DNA of 64,000 nucleotides from a virus: positions 46,651-110,650 of the IMG/VR virus record IMGVR_UViG_3300012347_000193; one strand, 5' to 3'. Each line of letters starts with the position of its first letter. The stretch's first letter is position 1. Position numbers and translations under genes: made by a program. The notes beneath the pieces are model-generated. The model saw only the letters and a program-made list of their open reading frames with translations, ran no database searches and was not told where the DNA came from. Below, piece by piece: positions 51,312 through 59,530 of the stretch.

Positions 51312-51905
51312 TTAATACCTCGTTGCCATGATTGCGTCAACATATTTAAGACTGAAATCTATGTCGGGGATAGTAACCGGAATAGACACACTACTTGCAG
51401 TGTGGCTGTGTCCCGATGAGCCTGATGCGATTCCAGTACTAACAGATGTTCCAGAAATTGGACTAGCATTACTGTAACTAGGTGCAAAAACGCTCGGAGT
51501 AGGTGGCGAGTTTGGTTGTTTAAAGTTCGCAAAGTATGTTGCAGCACCAGGGGGGTTACTTCTACCGCCCATCACGTGAGTATGTGCTGGCAACATTGCA
51601 GTCGTTACTGTAGTTGCACCCAATGAGACTGAGATTGGATAACTAGTTGAAACACTTGTTATCGGAGAAAACACTGAACTGAAGGGTGATCCAGTGCCTG
51701 TGGGCTTGAACAACCCGCTAGTTTTGTTAGTGATAGATAACGCAGAGTTATCCATTGAAGCGTTAGTTTCTTTAACCCAACCAACTGGCGCTGCTGCCTG
51801 CTGAAACAGCATAGTTGAGAATGAGTATTCAGGTTCATCTTTTGACGTAGATGTAACGCTAGTATAGCCAGCGAACCCACCGTTGACAGTATTAATACGT
51901 GACAT
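51312..51905 (-). CDS. Short tail-collar-like fibre protein (paralogue 1)
   Basis: FQQAAAPVGWVK, PAHTH, HSH and LKYVDAIMAT; start reassigned to MSRINT. Confidence 0.7.
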   Translation of the reverse strand: MSRINTVNGGFAGYTSVTSTSKDEPEYSFSTMLFQQAAAPVGWVKETNASMDNSALSITNKTSGLFKPTGTGSPFSSVFSPITSVSTSYPISVSLGATTVTTAMLPAHTHVMGGRSNPPGAATYFANFKQPNSPPTPSVFAPSYSNASPISGTSVSTGIASGSSGHSHTASSVSIPVTIPDIDFSLKYVDAIMATRY

Positions 51906-51910
51906 TTGAT

Positions 51911-53194
51911 TTATGAATAAGTTGAATAAGATCCGAGAACATGTGCCCAAGCAGCGCCTGTTCTGATTAAGCCAAACGAGAACACATCAACTGAATCAAC
52001 TTTGCCCGGGGGCGTTATACCACCAGGCCATTTAATAGGTAGAATAGTTCCGTCAATTTGTAAAACGTTTGGTATATAAGGAGTTGCACCTTGTACTACC
52101 ATTATAGTAACTATAATTGATTTAGCATCAGTAGTAGGCACGTTCTGAAAATTCACAGTCCAATTAGCACCTAGTGTGACACTAGGGTGATAAAAGGTTG
52201 CACCATTGTTCATGTTGTAATTAATAGTAGACGCTGCGACTGCTCCCATTGCATACACGGACTCTGTGGCTTGCGCGCAAGAGAACCATGAAGATATTGC
52301 TAAACTAGATAAAGTACCAACTGATGTAATGTTGGGTTGAGCATTAGTGTAAACTGTACCTGCAATCAAGCTGTTAGCCACTTGCCCTGTTATGTTAGCA
52401 CTGTTTAAATTAGTTAACGCACTACCGTTTCCGTAATGATTACCGGTTAAATTAGCACCGACTATATTTCCAGTAACTGCTAGACTAGTTAATGTACCAA
52501 CCGATGTAATACTAGGTTGTGCCGCAGTATATACCGTGCCTGCAACTAATGCGTTAGCTACTTGTCCGGTTACGTTAGCACCAGTGATAGAAGTTAGTAA
52601 TGCACCGTTCGCTGTAATAGGGTGACTAAATGTAAATGAGTTACTAATGTTATTATACAATAGATTAGCGGATGCACCGTTGATTGTAATGCCAGCGCCG
52701 TTGGCTGCTAAACTAGTGGTTGCATTGTTTGCTAGAACAACGTTCAAGTCGTTGATTGTCAATGTCGTTGAATTAAGAGTAGTAGTAGTTCCCGATACTG
52801 TTAAGTTACCAGAAACAGTTAGTGCGCCACTTATCAATGAATCACCGGCAACAGCTAAAGAACTTAACGTACCTACACTTGTTATGTTTGACTGGACGGC
52901 AGTGACAATATTACCGGTTAGATTTTTAACAACCACATTGTCAGTGGCTAATGTAGTTGTTGATTTGTTGAATGTTAGATTAGCGTTTGATCCAAATACG
53001 CCTGCATCATTAAACGCAATCTCTGTGTTGCTTCCTGTAGGATATGTAGTAAAGTCATATGCAACACCGTTAGCATGTAAAATGTTATCAGTTTTGACCG
53101 CATCCCCCGATACGTTTCCAGTGACGGCTAAATTAGCCATACTAAATTGAGCTGTAGCGGCGATGCCGGTGGGTTTTAAACGGGTTAGTGACAT
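51911..53194 (-). CDS. Tail fibre protein, paralogue of 45076-48432
   Basis: Shares ANALVAGTVYT.AQP.ITSVGTL repeats and the C-terminal 'NVPTT......T..V.QGAT.Y.P...QI.G....IKW' domain. Confidence 0.75.
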   Translation of the reverse strand: MSLTRLKPTGIAATAQFSMANLAVTGNVSGDAVKTDNILHANGVAYDFTTYPTGSNTEIAFNDAGVFGSNANLTFNKSTTTLATDNVVVKNLTGNIVTAVQSNITSVGTLSSLAVAGDSLISGALTVSGNLTVSGTTTTLNSTTLTINDLNVVLANNATTSLAANGAGITINGASANLLYNNISNSFTFSHPITANGALLTSITGANVTGQVANALVAGTVYTAAQPSITSVGTLTSLAVTGNIVGANLTGNHYGNGSALTNLNSANITGQVANSLIAGTVYTNAQPNITSVGTLSSLAISSWFSCAQATESVYAMGAVAASTINYNMNNGATFYHPSVTLGANWTVNFQNVPTTDAKSIIVTIMVVQGATPYIPNVLQIDGTILPIKWPGGITPPGKVDSVDVFSFGLIRTGAAWAHVLGSYSTYS

Positions 53195-53264
53195 TTATTG
53201 TTCCTGAAGTTGAATACTCTAGTATTTAGCTTAAAAACTTGAGAGAACTACCCAAAATAATTGT

Positions 53265-54041
53265 TTATCGCGGTGTGATGTTAGATTTTGGTATAATATT
53301 CATATCAAAAATCCAGCTATCTAATAACTCATTAGATATGTAATCGAAAGGTATCCAGCAATATCCGTTTAAGCCCCAGTCAGATCCGAAACTGTTTCTA
53401 GCTAGTAATATTCTCTTTTTCAAGTTATACCCTACAAAACACATAGCATGAGCACCTATGGGAGATTGTGTCTCGTATGCTTGTGGCATTCTAATGGTTG
53501 TATAATTATCGTATAAATCTTCAAACGATTCGTAAACCTTCATACTAAACACTACTGGATACTCTTTGTTAATAGCATCTAGGATATCATTTAAGTCTGA
53601 AATTCTATAGTAATTCTTGATAGTTCTATTTTTTGCATCTTCATAGCAGGGAATACTAGGAGTCATGGCAAATGACTCTACTAGATAGGGCCAAGCAGCT
53701 TCGCTACAAATACCAAATTTTTGCACAGCCTTGACTGCATCACGTAGATATGCCCCTCCATCTTGATTGATAGTGTTTTCTAGCGCACGTGCATTGTAGT
53801 AGACGAACAATCTACTAAGGTCCGTAAACTTATCAGGTGCTTCCTTATTCATCAGTAACTCATATGCGCCTACGACTGCCTGGCCTGTACAACTGCCCAA
53901 GTGGCCTTGATCCTCAATGGGACTAGCCCATTGTCTCAAGTCAACATACTCACGTAGAGGTAGTCTGGCAAAGGAGTAAGGCAAGTCTCTCCAATCACTT
54001 GGGTCTTGCCTTACATTATATTTTGCTTTGAGCAGTAGCAT
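53265..54041 (-). CDS. Papain-family (C1A) cysteine protease
   Basis: VDLR..., DQG.LGSC (Gln/Cys), SRLFVYYN, GAHAM..VGY (His) and RNSFG..WG..GY (Asn). Confidence 0.93.
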   Translation of the reverse strand: MLLLKAKYNVRQDPSDWRDLPYSFARLPLREYVDLRQWASPIEDQGHLGSCTGQAVVGAYELLMNKEAPDKFTDLSRLFVYYNARALENTINQDGGAYLRDAVKAVQKFGICSEAAWPYLVESFAMTPSIPCYEDAKNRTIKNYYRISDLNDILDAINKEYPVVFSMKVYESFEDLYDNYTTIRMPQAYETQSPIGAHAMCFVGYNLKKRILLARNSFGSDWGLNGYCWIPFDYISNELLDSWIFDMNIIPKSNITPR

Positions 54042-54331
54042 TAATCTTCAGCTTCTATCTTAACAATTTCAGGATAGTCTTCCATTTCAAGTACGTCACC
54101 TTCTTCTGATAAATCTACTAAATTTTCAGCAATAATATGTAGTTCAACATCTTGCCATGCGTCTTCTCTCGCCCATTCTAATAAACGAATCATCAAAGGT
54201 ACATTGAGTTTAATAACGTCTTCTTCATTTTCGTTCGGCTTAGTTAAAGTTCTTTTACGCATTGAAGCCGGCATTACGGCCGGGTCAGCAAAGTGTTCTT
54301 CGACAATTTTATGTGTGATTTTTTTATACAT
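54041..54331 (-). CDS. 96-aa acidic protein with N-terminal MYKKITHKIVEEHF tag
   Basis: Start reassigned to MYKKITH (AGGA RBS); core 'VPLMIRLLEWAREDA...LH'. Confidence 0.75.
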   Translation of the reverse strand: MYKKITHKIVEEHFADPAVMPASMRKRTLTKPNENEEDVIKLNVPLMIRLLEWAREDAWQDVELHIIAENLVDLSEEGDVLEMEDYPEIVKIEAED

Positions 54332-54342
54332 GGTATATCCTA

Positions 54343-54744
54343 TTATAGAATCAACCATTGTGTACCGTTGTACACAAATGTTAGTGAACCATACGGTGCA
54401 TTGATAACGGCAGTTGCGGCACCATCAATAGTACCAGCTGTTGGTGTGATAGTGATAGGAGTTGCAGGTGCAGCCAATCCTAATCCATCTTTGATTGTGA
54501 ATTCTTGACCTAGTACGCCAGCTGGCAATGTTACTGCCACAGCAACCGGACCCGGTACGGCTACATCAATTACGTTATCAGTTGCGGCTACTACTGTGAT
54601 AGGAGTCGCAACTGCGGTTCTGATATCAACTAATGCAGCACCGCTGGCACTGATTGTAATTGTATTAGCACCTGTACCTGTTGTTGGTGCTATCGTGATA
54701 CCTGTTCCTGCTAGGATTGAGGTTGGGTTATTTGTATATGACAT
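54343..54744 (-). CDS. Small beta-rich protein (family A)
   Basis: Domain 'VTLP.G..G....IKD..G.A....IT......IDG......IN..YGS....Y.GT.W'; strong RBS. Confidence 0.75.
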   Translation of the reverse strand: MSYTNNPTSILAGTGITIAPTTGTGANTITISASGAALVDIRTAVATPITVVAATDNVIDVAVPGPVAVAVTLPAGVLGQEFTIKDGLGLAAPATPITITPTAGTIDGAATAVINAPYGSLTFVYNGTQWLIL

Positions 54745-54777
54745 TTTATTTTTCCTTTAGTTAAATGTTTTGAAAGA

Positions 54778-55086
54778 TTATGATATAGTCTTCCAGTTTG
54801 TGCCATCATATACAACTTGTATATGACTGTATCCACCATTAAGAATAGCGAAGGAAACACCGTCTATGTTTTTTCCTCCGGCACTCGTAATAGTAATGGG
54901 ATTTGTTTTAGCCTGACCAGAATAGTCTTTGATGTATAATGCTCGTCTATTGTTATCGTCACCGTTGCCAGTTGCCGGTAATATAACAGATGCAGGCCCA
55001 GGTATGTCAACCATGATTACTTCGTCGGTATTTGCGACAGTATACGGTGTTGTTGTAACGATTCTTACTCTATATTCGATTGCCAT
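54778..55086 (-). CDS. Small beta-rich protein (family A)
   Basis: Same domain (YIKDYSG.A..NPITI...IDG...YDGTNW); AGGAG RBS. Confidence 0.75.
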   Translation of the reverse strand: MAIEYRVRIVTTTPYTVANTDEVIMVDIPGPASVILPATGNGDDNNRRALYIKDYSGQAKTNPITITSAGGKNIDGVSFAILNGGYSHIQVVYDGTNWKTIS

Positions 55087-55095
55087 GTTATCTCC

Positions 55096-55650
55096 TTAAC
55101 TGATTCTAGTTAGTGTGACCTTGACACTATTGCCAGTTGGTCTTGTTGGGGTTACTGCGGCTGGTAAAGCTGTGAGTGCAGCGGTGATATCAGCACTTGA
55201 CCAGCACAGTTGAATGAATCCCCCTGCTGGAATGTTCAAGGTAAAGTTACCCGATGTAAAAGTCAGTGCTAACGTGTTGACTAGTTCAATGTCTTGTCTT
55301 GAACCCACTACGTCTACTCCGTTTAGTCTAAGCCATATGCTAATGTCAGTAGTTCCACCAGAAGTCTTGGACAAAATAAGAGTGAACAGCTTTGTGTATG
55401 TGCCAGCATTTACTACAGTAATGTCTGTGCCACCTACCACACTAACGCCATTGGCAGGTCCAGTGACGTTGAATGTGGCAATATTAGTAGTACTGGCTAC
55501 TGGATTAGGCTGTGTAGTGCTGTCAGTAAAGAAACCGTAGTTCAACAAGCCAGTACTACCAGATATCACACCGTCAGTGACACTGATGCCAGCGCCTACT
55601 TTTACGATTCCGTAGTCTGTAGTTGATGATAGAGGTGCTTTGTATGACAT
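55096..55650 (-). CDS. C1q/TNF-like (BclA C-terminal-like) beta-sandwich protein
   Basis: 'YGFF.....Q.NP.....N..TFN....G....GGT.ITV...G.Y...F...IWLR.NG'; paralogue of 55660-56214. Confidence 0.55.
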   Translation of the reverse strand: MSYKAPLSSTTDYGIVKVGAGISVTDGVISGSTGLLNYGFFTDSTTQPNPVASTTNIATFNVTGPANGVSVVGGTDITVVNAGTYTKLFTLILSKTSGGTTDISIWLRLNGVDVVGSRQDIELVNTLALTFTSGNFTLNIPAGGFIQLCWSSADITAALTALPAAVTPTRPTGNSVKVTLTRIS

Positions 55651-55659
55651 TTTCTTTCC

Positions 55660-56214
55660 TTATAATTGTATGATAGTGCATCTTACACTAGGGGTTACCG
55701 GTCTCACCGGAGCTACCTGTGCTGGTACTGTTAATAAACGCATGGCAATGTCTGCACTGGACCATGCTATTTGAATCGTGTCGCCGGCTGTTAATGCCAA
55801 AGTAAAATTCCAACTTGCCACCAATACACCAACTGCACCAATGACAACACTCTGCGAATTTGTATCAGTATAGTTTACACCGTTGCGTTTAATCCAGAAA
55901 TCTATTAAGTCATCACCTGCATCAGTTTTATCTACCTGTGCAGTAAATTGTAAATTGTAGTTGGCAGTTTTACTAACTGTTATATTTGTTCCACCGACTA
56001 GCGTGATACCAACATTGACAGCGGCGTTGTTAAATGTAACAATATTTTGTGTGTTGGCCACAGGATTGGTCTGTGTAACTGTGCTGTAGAAATACGCTTG
56101 GTCCAACAGTCCTATAGGCACAACATTGAGCACTCCGTTGGTCACAGTTAGATTTGTACCCGGTGTTGTTATACCTGGAGTAGAGTTAGTAGCCAATGGT
56201 TCTTTATAGCTCAA
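55660..56214 (-). CDS. C1q/TNF-like (BclA C-terminal-like) beta-sandwich protein
   Basis: TTG start, MSYKxPL N-terminus shared with its neighbour, and 'YNLQF.AQ...FWIKRNG...L.LTAGD.IQIAW'. Confidence 0.55.
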   Translation of the reverse strand: MSYKEPLATNSTPGITTPGTNLTVTNGVLNVVPIGLLDQAYFYSTVTQTNPVANTQNIVTFNNAAVNVGITLVGGTNITVSKTANYNLQFTAQVDKTDAGDDLIDFWIKRNGVNYTDTNSQSVVIGAVGVLVASWNFTLALTAGDTIQIAWSSADIAMRLLTVPAQVAPVRPVTPSVRCTIIQL

Positions 56215-56215
56215 G

Positions 56216-57373
56216 TTACACCTGTTGTAAAGTTAATGTTCTTGTATTGACAGTTAGTGTACCTGTTATAGCAGTTGCCCTAGCAGTAACAATATCACCT
56301 ATCACTAATGCTACAGGTCCTGTTGTTGTTATACTAGCTGATGTAATTGTTGTTGGACCTGATACTGTGACTAACGTGCCTGGAATCAATACACCATTCT
56401 TGTAAATGCCAAAGTTAGCACTAACTGGTCCCGCAGCTAAACTTCCTGGAATGTATACGTTGCCGTTTACAATTGTAGGTAGACCGTAGCCAGTAATCAA
56501 TCCTAAGTTGGTTCCAATATTACCATTAATTACACTTGTCCCTGTATTTGCTACCGCACCGCTGTTAGTGAACAGTGCAAAGTTTTCTAGTACACCTAAT
56601 ATGATAGGAGTCGTAGTAGCGCCAGGCTCGGTCACGATGTTTGTATCAGTCGTCACTGCCCCGAGTGTAGATAATAATCTGCCATTTAATATACCACCAT
56701 TGCCAATGCCAGCAGCACCGGCTACTGCTAGTGCTGTGCCTGCAAATACTGTGTTAGCACCCAGTGCTGTCGCACCTTGGCTTACCCAGAATACGTTTTC
56801 TGCACTGGCACCATTGGTCAATACTACTTGACTTGCGGCTACACTGGTCAATGCGCCAGCGACACGGACAACAAACAATGCGTCAGGATCGCCGCCGCCG
56901 TCTAGTGTCAAGATACCTTGAATAGCAGCAGGTGTAACAACATCGTACACTCCTGGTAGTAATGTTTCCCCGTTACCAAACACGGCACCGTGTAGTACTC
57001 CACCTGGTAATGCTGCTAACTGTGCAGCAAGTGCAGTGGTTGCGGCTGCGGCTGCAGCCGTGATATCAATAAGGTCCCCGACAATACCGTAGTCTGCACC
57101 AAATGTTGCTACAAAGTTTCCATTGATTGGACTAACTAATGTCATGCCGGTAAGTGGTGTTAGACCAGTGCCAGCAAGAATTGTTTGCGGAGTTGTGCTA
57201 GTAACTGTCAACCGTAGTAGATTCGTACCAATCATGGAGTTGGTATTAACTATGCCACCTCTACGGTTGTTGCTTGCAAGTTGTGTTGCTCGTACCGCCG
57301 GTACTTGTTTACGTAAGTTGATTCCAGGACGTAATGGTCCTTGGGGAAAGTTTGCTGAAAATATACCTAACAT
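56216..57373 (-). CDS. Ice-binding-like (DUF3494) domain protein, 385 aa
   Basis: 'TLLPGVY...LTLDGGGDPDALFV...VVLTNGASAENVFW....ATLG....F.GT...GRLLS..GAVT'; start reassigned to MLGIFS (AAGGAG RBS). Confidence 0.85.
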   Translation of the reverse strand: MLGIFSANFPQGPLRPGINLRKQVPAVRATQLASNNRRGGIVNTNSMIGTNLLRLTVTSTTPQTILAGTGLTPLTGMTLVSPINGNFVATFGADYGIVGDLIDITAAAAAATTALAAQLAALPGGVLHGAVFGNGETLLPGVYDVVTPAAIQGILTLDGGGDPDALFVVRVAGALTSVAASQVVLTNGASAENVFWVSQGATALGANTVFAGTALAVAGAAGIGNGGILNGRLLSTLGAVTTDTNIVTEPGATTTPIILGVLENFALFTNSGAVANTGTSVINGNIGTNLGLITGYGLPTIVNGNVYIPGSLAAGPVSANFGIYKNGVLIPGTLVTVSGPTTITSASITTTGPVALVIGDIVTARATAITGTLTVNTRTLTLQQV

Positions 57374-57410
57374 TTTAGTGCTCCTTGTTTCTAAAAATTT
57401 GTCATTGTTG

Positions 57411-57896
57411 TTACACAATATTCCATTCTGTGCCGTCGAATAATACTGTAATACTGCCAAAATTTGTGTTAATAGTAGCAGTTGCGCTACCGTCAATTAA
57501 TTGTCCGCCTGTACCTTGTACTGTGATTGGATTAGTAGCAGCCAAGCCGCCACAATCCTTAATAATATAAACTGTTCCAAGTATGCCCGTAGGTAAAGTA
57601 ATAGTAACTGGTCCTACAGTTAATACACACAGGAAGTAATCAGTGGGTAATGCTGTGTATGTTGCGGTAACAACATCTGTTACTGCTACTGGACTTGGGT
57701 TACCGGCAGGCCCGGGTGGTCCAGGAGGTCCAGGCGGTCCCGCAGGACCAGTGCCCCCATTAGTAATAAACACATCGTTACCGGCTCCTCCAAATTGTGA
57801 TGCAACCGGATACAGTGCTCTCCTTACTAGTGGTCTTCTGATAATAGGACGGCGGCGTATTTGTGCAGTTAGTATTCCTAAATTGTTGAACATCAT
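57411..57896 (-). CDS. Collagen-like protein with family-A C-terminal domain
   Basis: Arg-rich N-terminus, GPAGPPGPPGPPGPAG, then 'ITLP.G..G..YIIKD...NPIT...IDG...FDGTEW'. Confidence 0.8.
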   Translation of the reverse strand: MMFNNLGILTAQIRRRPIIRRPLVRRALYPVASQFGGAGNDVFITNGGTGPAGPPGPPGPPGPAGNPSPVAVTDVVTATYTALPTDYFLCVLTVGPVTITLPTGILGTVYIIKDCGGLAATNPITVQGTGGQLIDGSATATINTNFGSITVLFDGTEWNIV

Positions 57897-58591
57897 TATG
57901 ACTTATCCTTCTCTTTTGCTAACCAGCCACTAAGTACAGTACGCAATAGTGAATGTTTTACCGGTGCAGGTTCTTCTTCTACTACGGGTTCTTGTGTTAC
58001 TGCAGGTTCTTCTTCTACTACGGGTTCTTGTGTTACTGCAGGTTCTTCTACTACTACAGGCTCTGCTATTGGAGCTGAGTTATCCAAGTTAATAGGTTCA
58101 TGAATGATAACAAAATCCCCACCTGATTGTACTACTCTAGTAATCGTAGGTACTGAAGGAGGCATCTCAGTTACACCACCGGTGTCAATCATACTTGTTT
58201 GTACAGGTAAATTGTATGCTGCCTGCAATTGCTCTGTTATTGAAGGTGTTATTGCATCCTGATATGACATAGGTGTTTCATCCTCAAGTATTACTTGAGG
58301 CGCAGTTGGTTCTGATATCTCTACGGGAGTGTTAGACTCACTTGCTGCAGGTTGATTTGATTTATTATAAAGCTCTAATGCTTTAGCAACAACCTCTTGC
58401 TCTGTTGGGAACAACTTTGCAGTAGGATATGGAATTAATACACCCTTAGTCTTCCATGCTATTTGACTTTCACGCAGCCATTGTTGATGGTGCGTCCCTC
58501 TCAATGCAAGATAATCTTGTATTAAGAGTTGCTTTGCAACTTGAAGTAATTCTTCTCGTTTTTTAAATTCATCTGAATTAATCTGGCTCAT
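57896..58591 (-). CDS. Hypothetical protein with helical N-terminal domain and P/E/V-rich tail
   Basis: 'REELLQ.AK..L...FPTEQEVV.KA..LY' followed by tandem EEEPAVTQEPVV. Confidence 0.7.
   Translation of the reverse strand: MSQINSDEFKKREELLQVAKQLLIQDYLALRGTHHQQWLRESQIAWKTKGVLIPYPTAKLFPTEQEVVAKALELYNKSNQPAASESNTPVEISEPTAPQVILEDETPMSYQDAITPSITEQLQAAYNLPVQTSMIDTGGVTEMPPSVPTITRVVQSGGDFVIIHEPINLDNSAPIAEPVVVEEPAVTQEPVVEEEPAVTQEPVVEEEPAPVKHSLLRTVLSGWLAKEKDKS
57965..58049. repeat. 36-bp tandem repeat (about 2.4 copies)
   Basis: TGCAGGTTCTTCTTCTACTACGGGTTCTTGTGTTAC at 57965 and 58001, with a partial copy at 58037. Confidence 0.9.
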
Positions 58592-58821
58592 AATGCTTTA
58601 CCTGCTAAATGTAATACCAATGCAAACGCACCACTCAACCCACCTGTAACAAACGATAATGCTGCTGCAAAAATCATTCGCTTATGTACCTTGTTCTGTT
58701 CAATAATTTCGTTTAGTTTATTCTCTAACGACTTATGGCGCTGGGCACACAGTGCTACGTGAGCCTCAAGGTTAGTAGATTCAATTGGCTTATCACCGGA
58801 AGAAACAGTAATCATTGACAT
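58588..58821 (-). CDS. Small coiled-coil protein with C-terminal transmembrane helix
   Basis: LEAHVALCAQRH..LE.KL followed by a hydrophobic C-terminus. Confidence 0.7.
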   Translation of the reverse strand: MSMITVSSGDKPIESTNLEAHVALCAQRHKSLENKLNEIIEQNKVHKRMIFAAALSFVTGGLSGAFALVLHLAGKAL

Positions 58822-58824
58822 ATA

Positions 58825-59529
58825 TTACTCGATAAATGATAGTGGGTACTGAGCAATAACTCCGCGACTTAACACATCTGCTAAACTTGGATAACCTTTG
58901 TTAACATGATTTGCAATACCGGTAATAACTAGTTTATTGATACCATCAATACTTTCTGCGTTCATAATAACATTGTTTGTGATACGTGCGTTGATGTTAT
59001 CAGTCCACAACTGCGTTAATGCGTGTAGCATTTCTTGTATCAACGATACAGGATACTGTCCTGGATTTAGCTTATTGAACAATTCAGCAAGTTGAGTAGT
59101 CTGTTCTGCCCACTTAATTTGCAAAGGCACAATGTCACCTTTTTTCTTTGACACTTCTACTACTTCGACTCCGGTTTCAAATATAGCATTCAACATTTTC
59201 CCGATATCACTACCGGCGCGAATGCCATAGTATGGTATAAAATAATCACCAATCATTGTTGCAGATTTAGTTAAACGTTCTTCTACACTAGGAGTTGTTG
59301 ATAAGTCAGCAACAGAGCTAACAGCATAGTTAACTAGACCCAAAGAATATTTCGTCCATAGGGTCCTGCTATCCATCCTGAAGACTAATGTTTTTTCATT
59401 CACTACAACAGAAGGTAGTGGACTTAGCGTAGCTTTAGTTGGTACCATACTGGCTTTTACTTCCGTAGGTAGTGCTAGTGGACTATCAAAGTGTTCTTCG
59501 ACTATATCGTGTGTTATCTTTTTATACAT
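58825..59529 (-). CDS. All-helical bundle protein with MYKKITHDIVEEHF tag
   Basis: Paralogue of 59531-60346 (W......S....; YG...; LA......N; AD..S.G.I). Confidence 0.75.
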   Translation of the reverse strand: MYKKITHDIVEEHFDSPLALPTEVKASMVPTKATLSPLPSVVVNEKTLVFRMDSRTLWTKYSLGLVNYAVSSVADLSTTPSVEERLTKSATMIGDYFIPYYGIRAGSDIGKMLNAIFETGVEVVEVSKKKGDIVPLQIKWAEQTTQLAELFNKLNPGQYPVSLIQEMLHALTQLWTDNINARITNNVIMNAESIDGINKLVITGIANHVNKGYPSLADVLSRGVIAQYPLSFIE

Positions 59530-59530
59530 T

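Noticed and set aside
57374-57496. ORF-track N-terminal extensions (also at 54358, 51950, 50084, 41789, 34100)
   Set aside because: They overlap upstream genes. Internal ATGs with an RBS, stop-start coupling or shared N-terminal motifs are better starts.
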